This document shows positions 16,728-26,545 of a stretch of DNA of 37,133 bases, piece after piece (position 1 is the first letter of the stretch; each line of letters starts with the position of its first letter). This stretch comes from an uncultured Anaerolineales bacterium (GTDB lineage Bacteria > Chloroflexota > Anaerolineae > Anaerolineales > UBA11579). Where the stretch lies: the NCBI GenBank assembly GCA_965370435.1, contig CBDUUP010000003.1, forward strand, positions 1 to 37,133, given 5' to 3'. A model generated the notes under the pieces. That model did no database searches. It saw only the letters and a list, made by a program, of their open reading frames with translations, and was not told the origin of the DNA. A program made the translations under genes and the position numbers.

Positions 16728-18547
16728 GCCTGGCGAATCCGCTCGGTTTATTGGGCTTGTTCAGCCTGCCGGTGATCGTCCTCCTGCATGCCATGCGGGA
16801 GCGCAACCGTCGCTATCTGGTCTCCAGTTTGAGCCTGTGGTCATTTCTGGACATCCAGGTGCGAGGGACCCGGGCTCGTCGCATCCCCATCACCTGGCTG
16901 CTCTTGCTAGATTTGCTGATCGCCTTGTTGTTGACTCTGGCCTGGACTTCGCCGCGCATGAATCTGAACGTGCCTGCCCAAAGCGCTCGTCATGTGGTTG
17001 TACTTTTGGACGTATCCACCAGCATGTTGGCGGAGGATGGTTTTTCCAGCCGGTTTGTCAAGGCGAAACAAGAAGCTGTTTCCCTGCTGGGTACCCTGGG
17101 GCCGCGCGATGTTGGCACGGTGATCACCTTTGGAATTCGGACGAATGAGATCGGCGACACCCGCAATATTTCCCGCAATGAATTGGCCGCCCTGGTGACC
17201 AGTCTTCAAGCCGGGGAGACCGGCCACGCGCTGGAAGCCGCCCTGGGGCTGGCCGTCGCCGTGCCCGATGGCCGCATCCCTTTGGAGGTTCACGTTCTGA
17301 CCGACGGCGCTTTTGCCGAACCTAATTTGAGCAGTCTGGATGTCCCTATTCGATGGCATCGTTTCGGCAGCGGTGTGGACAACCAGGCCGTGTTGGACAT
17401 CGCGGTCTCCGAACTGATTGAACAGAACTATCAGGTTTTCGCCCGCATTGGGAATTTCAGCGATCAACCCGCGGTCCGCAACGCCTCCTTATTGGTGGAC
17501 GGTTTTGGCATTGATGTCGTGTCCATCGAAATACCCCCTGACTCAACCGTCTCCTATGTCTGGAATATAGCCGGATCGGCAACCACCGTGGCGGTTAAAC
17601 TTTCGGAAGGCGACGCTCTCCCGGAAGATGATATCGCCAGCATCGGTGTGCATCCTTCACGCTCGGTTCGAGTCGCGCTGGTCACCGACTCCCCCGAGCC
17701 GGTTGACCGTGCCCTCCGCGCGGTTCCCAACGTCACGCTCACCATCCTGACGCCGGAGGAATATCTCCCTGGGTTGACCTATGACCTGGTTGTGTTCCGG
17801 GGCAATCTGCCGGAGAGTTGGCCCTCTGGCAGCGTTCTTGTGTTGGAGCCGCCCATGGGCGCAGACCTTCTCGACGTTGGCCCCCGGCGGGAGATCCTCT
17901 CTCAGCCGGCGCCCACCGCCGAGTTGTTTCTGGCCGAAGTGGACTTCACCGGCGTGCGCTGGAAATGGACCTGGACCTTGAACCGGATCCCCGAGGGCTT
18001 CGCCCCCATCCTGCTCGCCGATGACCTGCCTTTGCTGCTTCGAGGGAGCGTCGGGATCAGCCAGATCGCCGTTTTCCTCCCCGACCTGGGTTCCGGCAAC
18101 CTCACCCGCCATCCCGCCTTCCCCATCTTCATTGCTAACGTGGCGCGGGCTGCGGAGGGTATCTCGGTGCCGAATAAATTATACCTGGGGGAGCGTTTAG
18201 AAATTCCTCCCGCGAGTGTTTATCCCCTGGTAACTTTGCACCTTCCCGACGGCGACCCTCTGGAATATCAAGCCGACCGGCCTGACGTATGGGAGGGGCG
18301 CACAATCCCTGGTATTTACATCCTGGAAACCTTGGACCTCTACGGCGCAACCGAAACCTACGCCTTCGGTCTCAACGCCGGACAGGTGGACGAATCGGAC
18401 CTGCGCCCACAGGAATGGTTCAGCCTGCGCGCCCAAGAGGTTTCGGATCCCGATGAAGGCGCGGAACAAGAATTCAACCTGACGCCCTATTTGTTAGTTG
18501 TCGTTATCTTATTGTTTGGGTTGGAGGCCTGGATGGCATGGCGTTAG
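16724..18547 (+). CDS. BatA-type N-terminal double-TM plus VWA domain protein
   Basis: 'NPLGLLGLFSLPVIVLLH...SSL.LW...LLL.LLI.LLL.LA..P' BatA N-terminus, LLDVSTSM MIDAS, LTDG, DNQAV Ig-like segment, HPAFPIF, ESDL and a C-terminal TM. Confidence 0.85.
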   Translation: MSLANPLGLLGLFSLPVIVLLHAMRERNRRYLVSSLSLWSFLDIQVRGTRARRIPITWLLLLDLLIALLLTLAWTSPRMNLNVPAQSARHVVVLLDVSTSMLAEDGFSSRFVKAKQEAVSLLGTLGPRDVGTVITFGIRTNEIGDTRNISRNELAALVTSLQAGETGHALEAALGLAVAVPDGRIPLEVHVLTDGAFAEPNLSSLDVPIRWHRFGSGVDNQAVLDIAVSELIEQNYQVFARIGNFSDQPAVRNASLLVDGFGIDVVSIEIPPDSTVSYVWNIAGSATTVAVKLSEGDALPEDDIASIGVHPSRSVRVALVTDSPEPVDRALRAVPNVTLTILTPEEYLPGLTYDLVVFRGNLPESWPSGSVLVLEPPMGADLLDVGPRREILSQPAPTAELFLAEVDFTGVRWKWTWTLNRIPEGFAPILLADDLPLLLRGSVGISQIAVFLPDLGSGNLTRHPAFPIFIANVARAAEGISVPNKLYLGERLEIPPASVYPLVTLHLPDGDPLEYQADRPDVWEGRTIPGIYILETLDLYGATETYAFGLNAGQVDESDLRPQEWFSLRAQEVSDPDEGAEQEFNLTPYLLVVVILLFGLEAWMAWR

Positions 18548-21105
18548 TCCTTTACCGGCCTCTGTTTTGGTTCCTGGCTGCATTGCTGGTTGCCGTGTTG
18601 TTGTGGTTGGGGCGGCGCAGATCCGTGCGCTGGTGGCCTGCATGGGCCATGCGCTTGTTGTTGATTGTGGCAGCGCTGTTCGGCGTTTTCTTCCCCCAGG
18701 GAGAATTGCTCCGCCGCGGCATCCCCCAACGCCAGATCATGCTCATAGACCAATCTGACAGCATCCCCGCTGGGGTGCGCGACCAGGTTCAAGTCCATGC
18801 CATGAACTGGCAGTCCGCGGCCGGAAATCGCATGGTGATCGTCTACGGGAACGGTGTGCAGCCGCGCCTGACCGACGACGAAGCCTGGCCCGAAGTGGAT
18901 GGAACCGCAACCGATCTGGTCGCCGCCCTGGAACTCTCTGTCGAATTACTCGGCCCCCAACCCGGAAAGATCATCCTGGCCTCCGACGGCGCAGTCGCCT
19001 CGATCCCTCCGGTGAACGAGGCTGTAAATCGCCTGACCGCGCTCGGACATACTCTGGATTTCGTCCCCCTGGAGACGGTGTATCTCTCCAATGATATTTA
19101 CGTGGGACATTTGTGGGCGCCCACCGGCCTCTGGGAGCAGACCCCCTTCACCGTCGTCCTGCCAGTCTACATGCCCAGAGGCGGTGAGGTCACTTTGCGC
19201 CTGGATGTGAACGGTCAAACCCACGTCGCCCGAACCGAGAGCTTGAACGCGGGCGAGAATTACGTCGCCTTTGGCTTGCAGGCCCGTGAGACTCAGATCA
19301 TCACCTTGCAGGCCAGCGCGCTGACCGAAAACGACCCTCGGCTGGAGAACAACCTCTCCTACGCGACGGTGCACGTATACCCGGCTCCGCGGGTATTGAT
19401 CGTGACCCAGGAACCGCAGATCGCTGGGGTGTTGGGCGTCGGCCTTATCGAAAATGGGATCCCGGTGGACATGATCTCTCCCGCCCAGGTTCCGGTAAAT
19501 CTTGAAGGGCTGGATCCATACCAGGTGATCTTCCTGCACAATTTCCTGGCTGACCATCTCTCCAGCGAGCAGATGCGCGCCTTGACCGTCTTTGTCTCCC
19601 AGCGAGGGCGCGGCTTGATCTTCCTGGGAGGCCGCAACAGTTACACCCTCGGCGGTTACCAGGACACTATTCTGGAGACCATCCTGCCGGTCAAGTTGGA
19701 GCCTCCCTCCCGCGGGCAGCAGCCTCCGGTGACCTTTTTGCTGGTGATGGATCGTTCGGGCAGTATGGGGCGCACTCGGCAGGCCATCCGGCCCATGGAT
19801 TTGGCCCGCGAGGCCGCCATGCGGGTGATTGACACGCTGAGCGCGGAGGATTATCTGGGCGTGGTGACTTATTCGGATAGACCTACCTGGGCTTTGCCCA
19901 TCCGGCAGGTGGGGGATGGTTTGCTGCGCCGTCAGGCGCAGGACGCGGTCAGCCAGGTGCAGGCCAGCGGCGGGACCGCGGTCTATTCGGCCTTGAAAGA
20001 ATCCCTGGACGGGCTGCGCGCAGTGGGCATCCTCACGGAAACCCGCCACGTTCTGCTGCTTTCTGATGGCCGCAGTTCCGATGGTACGCTGGAGCAATTT
20101 CAGGAACTCGTCGAACAAGCCCGCGCCGAAGGAATCACCATCTCGACCATCGCTCTGGGAAGGGAAGCCGATCAAGCCTTGATGGCCAACATCGCAGAGT
20201 GGGGCGGCGGGCGTTATTATTTTGTTCTTTCAGCGGAAGACTTGCCCCAGGTGATGGTCTCTGAGAGCAAGGCCGCCCGGAGTGAGAACGTTCAGCTTGG
20301 CGAGACCAATCTGATCTCCGTTGAGGGTGCCCATCCCATTCTTTTTGGGTTGAGCCTGTCCGACCTGCCTAGATTGTCCGGCTACAACGCCCTCATCTCC
20401 AAGAGCGACCGGGGCGCAGAGGACATTTTGCTCTCGGCCAATTTCAGCGACCCGCTGCTCTCCGCCTGGCAGGTGGGTTTGGGGCGAGTGATCGCATGGA
20501 TGGGCGACACCGGCGAAGATTGGGCCGGGAGGTGGACCACCTGGCCCAAGTTTGGCTACTTCTGGGCGCAGGTGGTTCGCTATACCCTCCCCGACCCGGC
20601 CTTCGGCCCTGCGCAGGTGGACGTCCACGTAGATGCAGCGGAAGTGACCGTCACGGTGCGCATCCTTGACACTGTTGACCGCCCGGTGAATCTGGCTCAA
20701 GTGGAATTCCGTTACGTTAATTCAGAAGGCATAGGGTATGCCGTCCCTGTGTCTCAGGTCGAGCCAGGCCTTTATGAAACTTCAATTTCTCTCCCCGAGG
20801 AGGGCGCATACCGGGCTGTGGTGCAGTATCAGGGCAATGACGGAATGGTTGAACTGCCCGCCTCTTTCGTGGTGGATTATCCCCACGAGTGGCAGCTCGC
20901 CGACCCCCAGATCGGATTTGAGAATTTGGTCCATTGGGCGACAATCACCGGCGGCGGCATGGCCGATCTCCTAGTCCTGGCCCCCAGCGACGAGGTGTTG
21001 GCCCAGCGCGAAGTGCGAGATATTTTGTGGTGGATGCTGCTGGCCATCGTCGTTCTCTGGCCGGTGGAGATCGCCGTGCGCCGCCGCTGGTTACCCTGGA
21101 ATTAA
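18538..21105 (+). CDS. Membrane protein with two VWA domains and a class I glutamine-amidotransferase-like domain
   Basis: N-terminal TMs; LIDQSDS...ASDG; 'GRGLIFLGGRNSYTLGGY..T.LE.ILPV'; VMDRSGSM...GGT...LLSDG; 'PLLSAWQVGLGRV'; C-terminal TM ending EIAVRR. Confidence 0.85.
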   Translation: MALVLYRPLFWFLAALLVAVLLWLGRRRSVRWWPAWAMRLLLIVAALFGVFFPQGELLRRGIPQRQIMLIDQSDSIPAGVRDQVQVHAMNWQSAAGNRMVIVYGNGVQPRLTDDEAWPEVDGTATDLVAALELSVELLGPQPGKIILASDGAVASIPPVNEAVNRLTALGHTLDFVPLETVYLSNDIYVGHLWAPTGLWEQTPFTVVLPVYMPRGGEVTLRLDVNGQTHVARTESLNAGENYVAFGLQARETQIITLQASALTENDPRLENNLSYATVHVYPAPRVLIVTQEPQIAGVLGVGLIENGIPVDMISPAQVPVNLEGLDPYQVIFLHNFLADHLSSEQMRALTVFVSQRGRGLIFLGGRNSYTLGGYQDTILETILPVKLEPPSRGQQPPVTFLLVMDRSGSMGRTRQAIRPMDLAREAAMRVIDTLSAEDYLGVVTYSDRPTWALPIRQVGDGLLRRQAQDAVSQVQASGGTAVYSALKESLDGLRAVGILTETRHVLLLSDGRSSDGTLEQFQELVEQARAEGITISTIALGREADQALMANIAEWGGGRYYFVLSAEDLPQVMVSESKAARSENVQLGETNLISVEGAHPILFGLSLSDLPRLSGYNALISKSDRGAEDILLSANFSDPLLSAWQVGLGRVIAWMGDTGEDWAGRWTTWPKFGYFWAQVVRYTLPDPAFGPAQVDVHVDAAEVTVTVRILDTVDRPVNLAQVEFRYVNSEGIGYAVPVSQVEPGLYETSISLPEEGAYRAVVQYQGNDGMVELPASFVVDYPHEWQLADPQIGFENLVHWATITGGGMADLLVLAPSDEVLAQREVRDILWWMLLAIVVLWPVEIAVRRRWLPWN

Positions 21106-21127
21106 ATATTTATTTTAAGGAGCGCCG

Positions 21128-22123
21128 ATGAATACGCAAAACAACCCCTCGATCAGCCTGGAGAAATTCCATTCAATTGCCGCGGCCATACGCGCAGAGT
21201 TGAAAAAAGTCATTGTTGGGCAAGATGCTTTAGTGCATGATTTTTTGGTCACCCTGTTGGCGGGCGGCAACGCCTTACTGGAAGGCGTCCCTGGCCTGGG
21301 GAAAACCATGCTCATTAGCACCCTGGCCGAGACTGTGCACTGTTCCTTCCACCGCATCCAGTTCACTCCCGACTTGATGCCTGCCGACATTGTTGGGACC
21401 ATGATCCTCACCGAAACCGATCAGGGACAGCGAAAGTTCCAGTTTGAACGCGGGCCGATCTTCGCCAATCTGGTCCTGGCCGATGAGATCAACCGGGCCG
21501 CGCCCCGCACCCAATCCGCCCTGCTGGAAGCTATGCAGGAGCGAATGGTGACGGTGGCGGGTCAAACCCATCGTTTGCCCCAGCCCTTTTTCGTGCTGGC
21601 TACCCAGAACCCCATCGAAATGGAAGGCACCTATCCACTGCCCGAAGCCCAGCTTGACCGCTTCTTGTACAAGATTCACGTGCCCTATCCGAAAGAAGAT
21701 GAATTGGTGGAGATCGCTCGCCTCACCACCGGCGCGGATTTGCCTAGAGTGCAGGTTGTCGCCGATGGGGCTGCCTTGTTGGGGATGCAGCGACTGGCCC
21801 GGCAGGTTCCCATCGCCGATGGCGTTATGCGCTACGCCGCCCGCCTCATCCATGCCACCCATCCCGAAGAATCCGACGCTCCCGACGCGGTGCATCGGCA
21901 TTTGCGAGTCGGGGCCAGCCCCCGCGGCATGCAGGCTCTGGTCTGGGCCGGAAAGGTGGAAGCCCTCCTCGACAACCGCAAGGCGGTCGCCATAGACGAC
22001 ATTCGCAAGGTGATCTATCCATCCCTGCGCCACCGCCTGATCCTCAACTTCGAAGCCCAGGCCGACAACATCTCCCCCGACTCCATCCTGGAGGAGATCA
22101 TCAAAATCGTGAAAGTTCCATAA
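21128..22123 (+). CDS. moxR: MoxR-family AAA+ ATPase
   Basis: Walker A GVPGLGKT, RIQFTPDLMPADIVG, Walker B LADEINRA, ATQNPIEMEGTYPLPEAQLDRF, GASPR, LRHRL. AAGGAG SD. Confidence 0.96.
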   Translation: MNTQNNPSISLEKFHSIAAAIRAELKKVIVGQDALVHDFLVTLLAGGNALLEGVPGLGKTMLISTLAETVHCSFHRIQFTPDLMPADIVGTMILTETDQGQRKFQFERGPIFANLVLADEINRAAPRTQSALLEAMQERMVTVAGQTHRLPQPFFVLATQNPIEMEGTYPLPEAQLDRFLYKIHVPYPKEDELVEIARLTTGADLPRVQVVADGAALLGMQRLARQVPIADGVMRYAARLIHATHPEESDAPDAVHRHLRVGASPRGMQALVWAGKVEALLDNRKAVAIDDIRKVIYPSLRHRLILNFEAQADNISPDSILEEIIKIVKVP

Positions 22124-22177
22124 CCTGACCAGGATTTGTATTTTTTTTAAAGGGGTTGAAAAAACAAGACCTATTTC

Positions 22178-22202
22178 GTTGGGGCGCAGCAGCGCTGTGC
22201 CC
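22178..22202 (+). repeat. Degenerate GTAG-type REP-like palindrome
   Basis: GTTG followed by GGGCGCAGC-agc-GCTGTGCCC, between the convergent moxR and WD40 genes. Confidence 0.4.
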
Positions 22203-22293
22203 AGGCGCGTGCAAATATAAATAGCTTTGCCCATTTATCTTGTTATTTAAACAGCGTTGATCTAAATCGCTTTATTCAAAACCTAACTGACCT

Positions 22294-24438
22294 CTAATCA
22301 CCATCTCCCTCGATATCCACAATCCCCCAAATCCGTATCGTCCCATCCCGCCCCCCGGAGACCAACAGCATACCGTCTGGAGACCAGGCAACAGAAGTCG
22401 CAGACTGGGTATGTCCTTCCAGTGTGTGGAGTAATCTGCCTCGCCTGGCCTCCCATATTCCAATGTTCCCCCGGTTGTTGAATAGATTTACGTAAGCCAC
22501 CGCCAGCAATTCCCCATCCGGCGACCAATCCAGGCTGACAATCTGGTTGGACCAGGAGAGTTCTAGCTCTCGCTGTATTCTGAAATGACGGGAATCCCAG
22601 ATGCGGACGTGCTGCACACTGAGGCCTTCATCCTCCCCGCTGGTTGCCAGTTGAGTCCCATTCGGCGACCAGGCAACCTCGTTCACTCTCTTCCCGTAAG
22701 CCTCCCGTGTGATGCTCAACGTATTGGTCTCCAACTCCCAGATTTGCAGGGTTCCGTCAGACCGTCCGGCGGCGAGCATTGCGCCATCCGGCGACCAATC
22801 CAGGGTGGTGATTTCAACCAACTCTATTTCTTCGTCGGGTTCTTCTTCTCCTTCAATGCTGGCCTCCAGAACGACGATCTCTCCACTTCCCGCGTCCCAG
22901 ATCTGGATGCCCTCGGCGTCATCGCCCCAGGCCAACCGCGCCCCATCCGGCGACCAGGCCAAACTAAGGGGAATGGCATCGGGAATCGTCAAAGATTCGA
23001 TTATCCCCCAGGTGTTCGTATCCCATACATAAACGTTTCCATCCTCACTGCTGCCTGCGAGTAGTCCGCCATCCGGCGACCAGGCGACATCGGTCAGGCG
23101 ATTGGATGCTTCTGAGAGCGTGTGGTCTCGTTGTCCATTGGCTGCTTGATAGATGTATACGTTGCTATCCTCATTCCCTGATGCGAACCGGGTTCCATCC
23201 GGCGACCAGTCCAGCGCGGTGGTTTTGTCCATGTAATCGTCAATGGCGCTTGGCGCTTGGCTGTGCGAGAGGGGTGTAAAGTTCACCGCGCCTGTGCGGT
23301 CAGCAGATATGATGCCCTCGCCATCCCCAGTCCAGAGAAGGGTCATGATTTCCCCTGCATGGTTTGAATTGGATAAGGTGATCTCGCCCAACTCGACATC
23401 CCAAATGCTTATCCCGCCATCTTCGTCACCGGCGGCAAGCTGAGTCCCGTCCTGCGACCAGGCCAGATCGGTCACCCCGCTCATCTGGTCGCTGTTTTCA
23501 AAGATGCTGGTGGGTTCTTTGAGGGATGGGTCCCAAATCCAAATGGATTGATCAGCGCTGCCCGATGCGATCAAGCCCCCGTCCGGCGACCAGGCCAGGC
23601 TGGTCACGTCATCAGTTTGGCCCCGCAGTTCGTATATTTTTTCACCTTTGGGGAAATCCCATATCCCGATCCGGCCCATCTCGGCGAGGTTGTCGTGTCC
23701 GCTGACCGCGATATACTGGCTGTCCGGCGACCAGGCCAGACTGTGAATTGAAGAGTTGTCCCCGAACCTGCGCAGCAGTTCGCCGCTGGAAACGCTCCAT
23801 ACCCAGACGACCCCCAATCCGTCTCCCACGGCCAACAAGGCCCCATCCGGCGACCAGGTCAGGCTGTTATTGAAGCCTGGGCCGGGTAAGTATAACCGGA
23901 GGATTTGTCCGCTCTCAATGTTCCAGACCACTACGCGTCCGCGTTCACGGGCTGCCAGGTGAACCCCGTCCGGCGACCAGGCGACTCCGTAAGTGTAGTC
24001 ATCGCCCAGATGCTGAAGGTAAATCTGGGTAGCGACATCGTAGAGATCAACCCCAAGACCTCCGGCGACAGCCAGGATATTCCCGTCCGAACTCAACGCG
24101 ATGGCCTCAAGCGTTCCGCGCCCCAAACGCGTCACCTCCTCAACTTGTCCGATATTGTCTCTGGTGATGGCGAATGCAGACTTCAGGAATGCGGTTGGGG
24201 TCGGGATAGAGGTTAAGGTTGCCGTTGGAGTTGGCGTGAAGGTGAAGGTCGCCGTTGCTGTGGGCGTGTTGGTCGGCGTAGAGGTCAACGTGGGGGTCGT
24301 TGTGCGGGTGGGTGTAGGGGTAGATGTGACTTCCTCGATTGTGCATGCCGTCAGGACGCTGGTTAGAAGAATAAGGAGCGCGAAAAGAATAAAGATGTGA
24401 ATTTTTGATGTGCGTTGGGTTGACAAGGCCATAACCAT
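22294..24438 (-). CDS. WD40-repeat lipoprotein (about 14 blades, probably a double beta-propeller)
   Basis: Lipobox LTAC, Thr/Pro stalk and 14 (W)SPDG-type repeats. Start probably at 24438 or 24432 rather than 24483. Confidence 0.88.
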   Translation of the reverse strand: MVMALSTQRTSKIHIFILFALLILLTSVLTACTIEEVTSTPTPTRTTTPTLTSTPTNTPTATATFTFTPTPTATLTSIPTPTAFLKSAFAITRDNIGQVEEVTRLGRGTLEAIALSSDGNILAVAGGLGVDLYDVATQIYLQHLGDDYTYGVAWSPDGVHLAARERGRVVVWNIESGQILRLYLPGPGFNNSLTWSPDGALLAVGDGLGVVWVWSVSSGELLRRFGDNSSIHSLAWSPDSQYIAVSGHDNLAEMGRIGIWDFPKGEKIYELRGQTDDVTSLAWSPDGGLIASGSADQSIWIWDPSLKEPTSIFENSDQMSGVTDLAWSQDGTQLAAGDEDGGISIWDVELGEITLSNSNHAGEIMTLLWTGDGEGIISADRTGAVNFTPLSHSQAPSAIDDYMDKTTALDWSPDGTRFASGNEDSNVYIYQAANGQRDHTLSEASNRLTDVAWSPDGGLLAGSSEDGNVYVWDTNTWGIIESLTIPDAIPLSLAWSPDGARLAWGDDAEGIQIWDAGSGEIVVLEASIEGEEEPDEEIELVEITTLDWSPDGAMLAAGRSDGTLQIWELETNTLSITREAYGKRVNEVAWSPNGTQLATSGEDEGLSVQHVRIWDSRHFRIQRELELSWSNQIVSLDWSPDGELLAVAYVNLFNNRGNIGIWEARRGRLLHTLEGHTQSATSVAWSPDGMLLVSGGRDGTIRIWGIVDIEGDGD

Positions 24439-24452
24439 TACCTGAGATGTGT

Positions 24453-26480
24453 TTAGGGATTTCTCTCCGGCGGAATGCCCCAAATTCTCACCGTGCCGTC
24501 GTAGCCACCGGAGGCCAGGAATCTGCCGTCCGGCGACCAGGCCAGGCTCTGCACAAAACCTCTATGCCCTGCCAAGAGTCGTATGGCCTCTCCGGTTTCC
24601 GCGTCCCAGATGATGATGCTGGTGTCGTTGCTGCCCGCTGCGATCATGGTCCCATCGGGAGACCAGGCGATGGATTGCACTAGCCCGATCTGGCCCTCAA
24701 ATTTACGCACGCGGGTACCGAAGGATGCTTCCCATAGAATTACGTTGCCGTTGAAATCGCCGCTGGCCAGTTGGCTGCCGTCCGGCGACCAGGCCAAACT
24801 GACCACCCGGCCCGAATGTCCCTTGATCTCCCACACCAGTTCGCCCGACTCAACGTGCCAGACCTGGACCTTCCCCAGCGTCTGCCCGACTGCTATCTGG
24901 CTGCCATCCGGCGACCAGGCCAGGCTTTCGATGCGGGTGTTGGGATTGAGGGTGTTATAGAGGTCCCCGGTAGCCATATCCCACACCAGGATAGTGCCCA
25001 GCGAAGTCCCCGTTGCCAGGAGGTTGCCTCGCGGCGACCAACCCAGATTCGTGATCGGCCCGGCGAAGGGTTCCAGCAAAAGTTCCTCGTCACCGGTTTC
25101 CGGGTCCCAGATCCGAATCTTGCCATCGCTGCTGCCCGAGGCCAGTCGTGTACCCCCCGGAGACCAGACCGCCGCGCTCACTGTGCCGGTATGGCCCGCC
25201 AGGGTATGGATGGTTTCTCCGCTCTCCACATCCCATAATCGAACCAAGCCATCCGAACTCCCCGATGCCAGAACATCGCCGTCCGGCGACCAGGCGACGC
25301 TGAGTACCCGGCCCAGGTGGTTGCTTTCTCGGCTGTCCAGAGAGCGCAATTCTAGGCCCGTCTCTCCATCCCAGATCCGCAGCGTGCTGTCCTCACTGAC
25401 AGAGACTAATTGCCAGTTTCCCGGCATCCAGATAACGTCTTTCACCCAGGCGGTATGGCCCGTGGCTTCAATGAGTTGATCGCCGCTTTCCAGGTCCCAA
25501 ACTCTGAGAGAGTAAGGCGATCCGCCAGTGGAGACAACCTGGGTATTATCTGGCGACCAGGCTACACTGTTGATGTTGCTGAAATGATAGAAAGAAATGA
25601 TCTCTTGGGTCCACCTCGGCCTTATCACGTCCCAAACTCGGACCATCCGATCCGTGCTGCCGGAGACCAGCATACTGCCATCCGGCGACCAAGCGAGGGA
25701 AGTGATCCAACCGTCGTGGCCTTCAAGCGAGTGTATCTCTCGTCCCGTCTCAGCCTCCCAAAAACGGAGAATGCCGTTGATACCCCCGGAAACTAAAGTG
25801 CTGCTGTCCGGCGACCAGGCTAAGCTCAATACCGAGTTGGTATGGGCGGATAGATCGTGCAGGAGTTCGCCGCTTTCTGCATCCCAGACGAGAACTCGTT
25901 TGTCTGCGCTGGCTGAGGCGATCATCCTGCCGTCAGGCGACCAGACCACGCTTTCAACCGATCCTCGATGGCCGAATAGAAAATGGATTTGCTGCCCATC
26001 CACCCAAACCCGCACGGTATTGTCATCCCCGCCGCTGGCGAATCGAGTTCCATCCGGCGACCAGGCGACGCAGTTCACCTCCCTGGCATGGCCGGTATAG
26101 TGTTGGAGGAGTTCCAGGGTTTCAAAACCATAAAGCCAGATCCCCAGGCTGCCAGCCACCGCCAGAGTCGTCCCGTCCGGGCTTGCGGCAATTTGGTTGA
26201 TCGTGCCGTTCCCCAATTTGTTCAATTCAACGATCTGTCCCACGGTATCTATGCTGATGGGTGGGGAAGTGGGAAATGGCGTTTCTGTCGGGGTGGCGGT
26301 AGGTTCGGGGGTGGGTGTGATTGTTGCCGTAGGAGGGGGGAGTGTGGCTGTAGACGAAGGCGTTGGGGTAGGGCTGAGAGGAGAACTGCAATTCGCCAGC
26401 AGCGCGGCCAACAAGAAACTCAACGCGATCATGCGCGGGAGTCTATGAGGTTGTTTTCTTTGATTTACGCGTCGAGACAC
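24453..26480 (-). CDS. WD40-repeat lipoprotein (about 14 blades), paralogue of the downstream gene
   Basis: Lipobox LANC, Pro/Thr stalk and 14 repeats with canonical GH...WSPDG...D...IWD. Start probably GTG 26480 (or ATG 26432); the track's extension overlaps the S41 gene. Confidence 0.88.
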   Translation of the reverse strand: MSRRVNQRKQPHRLPRMIALSFLLAALLANCSSPLSPTPTPSSTATLPPPTATITPTPEPTATPTETPFPTSPPISIDTVGQIVELNKLGNGTINQIAASPDGTTLAVAGSLGIWLYGFETLELLQHYTGHAREVNCVAWSPDGTRFASGGDDNTVRVWVDGQQIHFLFGHRGSVESVVWSPDGRMIASASADKRVLVWDAESGELLHDLSAHTNSVLSLAWSPDSSTLVSGGINGILRFWEAETGREIHSLEGHDGWITSLAWSPDGSMLVSGSTDRMVRVWDVIRPRWTQEIISFYHFSNINSVAWSPDNTQVVSTGGSPYSLRVWDLESGDQLIEATGHTAWVKDVIWMPGNWQLVSVSEDSTLRIWDGETGLELRSLDSRESNHLGRVLSVAWSPDGDVLASGSSDGLVRLWDVESGETIHTLAGHTGTVSAAVWSPGGTRLASGSSDGKIRIWDPETGDEELLLEPFAGPITNLGWSPRGNLLATGTSLGTILVWDMATGDLYNTLNPNTRIESLAWSPDGSQIAVGQTLGKVQVWHVESGELVWEIKGHSGRVVSLAWSPDGSQLASGDFNGNVILWEASFGTRVRKFEGQIGLVQSIAWSPDGTMIAAGSNDTSIIIWDAETGEAIRLLAGHRGFVQSLAWSPDGRFLASGGYDGTVRIWGIPPERNP

Positions 26481-26545
26481 AAGATCACTCTCTTTATTCG
26501 GCGTATCTAAGATACCCCGAATCCTACCTGAAAGGTTCAATATTT

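Noticed and set aside
18946-20175. 409-aa antisense ORF (also 21275-22234, 34269-35225, 6501-7220, 13077-13796)
   Set aside because: These are shadow ORFs opposite well-supported genes in GC-rich DNA and have no recognisable motifs.
24190-24330. Low-complexity GT-rich tandem-like sequence
   Set aside because: It simply encodes the Thr/Pro stalk of the WD40 lipoprotein.
22500-26070. CRISPR-like array suggested by recurring TCCGGCGACCAGGC
   Set aside because: The repeats are 11-14 bp, mostly at roughly 120-160 bp spacing, and lie in frame within WD40 coding repeats. No cas genes are present.
13038-26480. MoxR-vWA-beta-propeller ternary conflict system
   Set aside because: The propeller genes are convergent lipoproteins in a separate unit. 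The MoxR cluster is the DUF58/BatA membrane type, with no effector or STAND domains.
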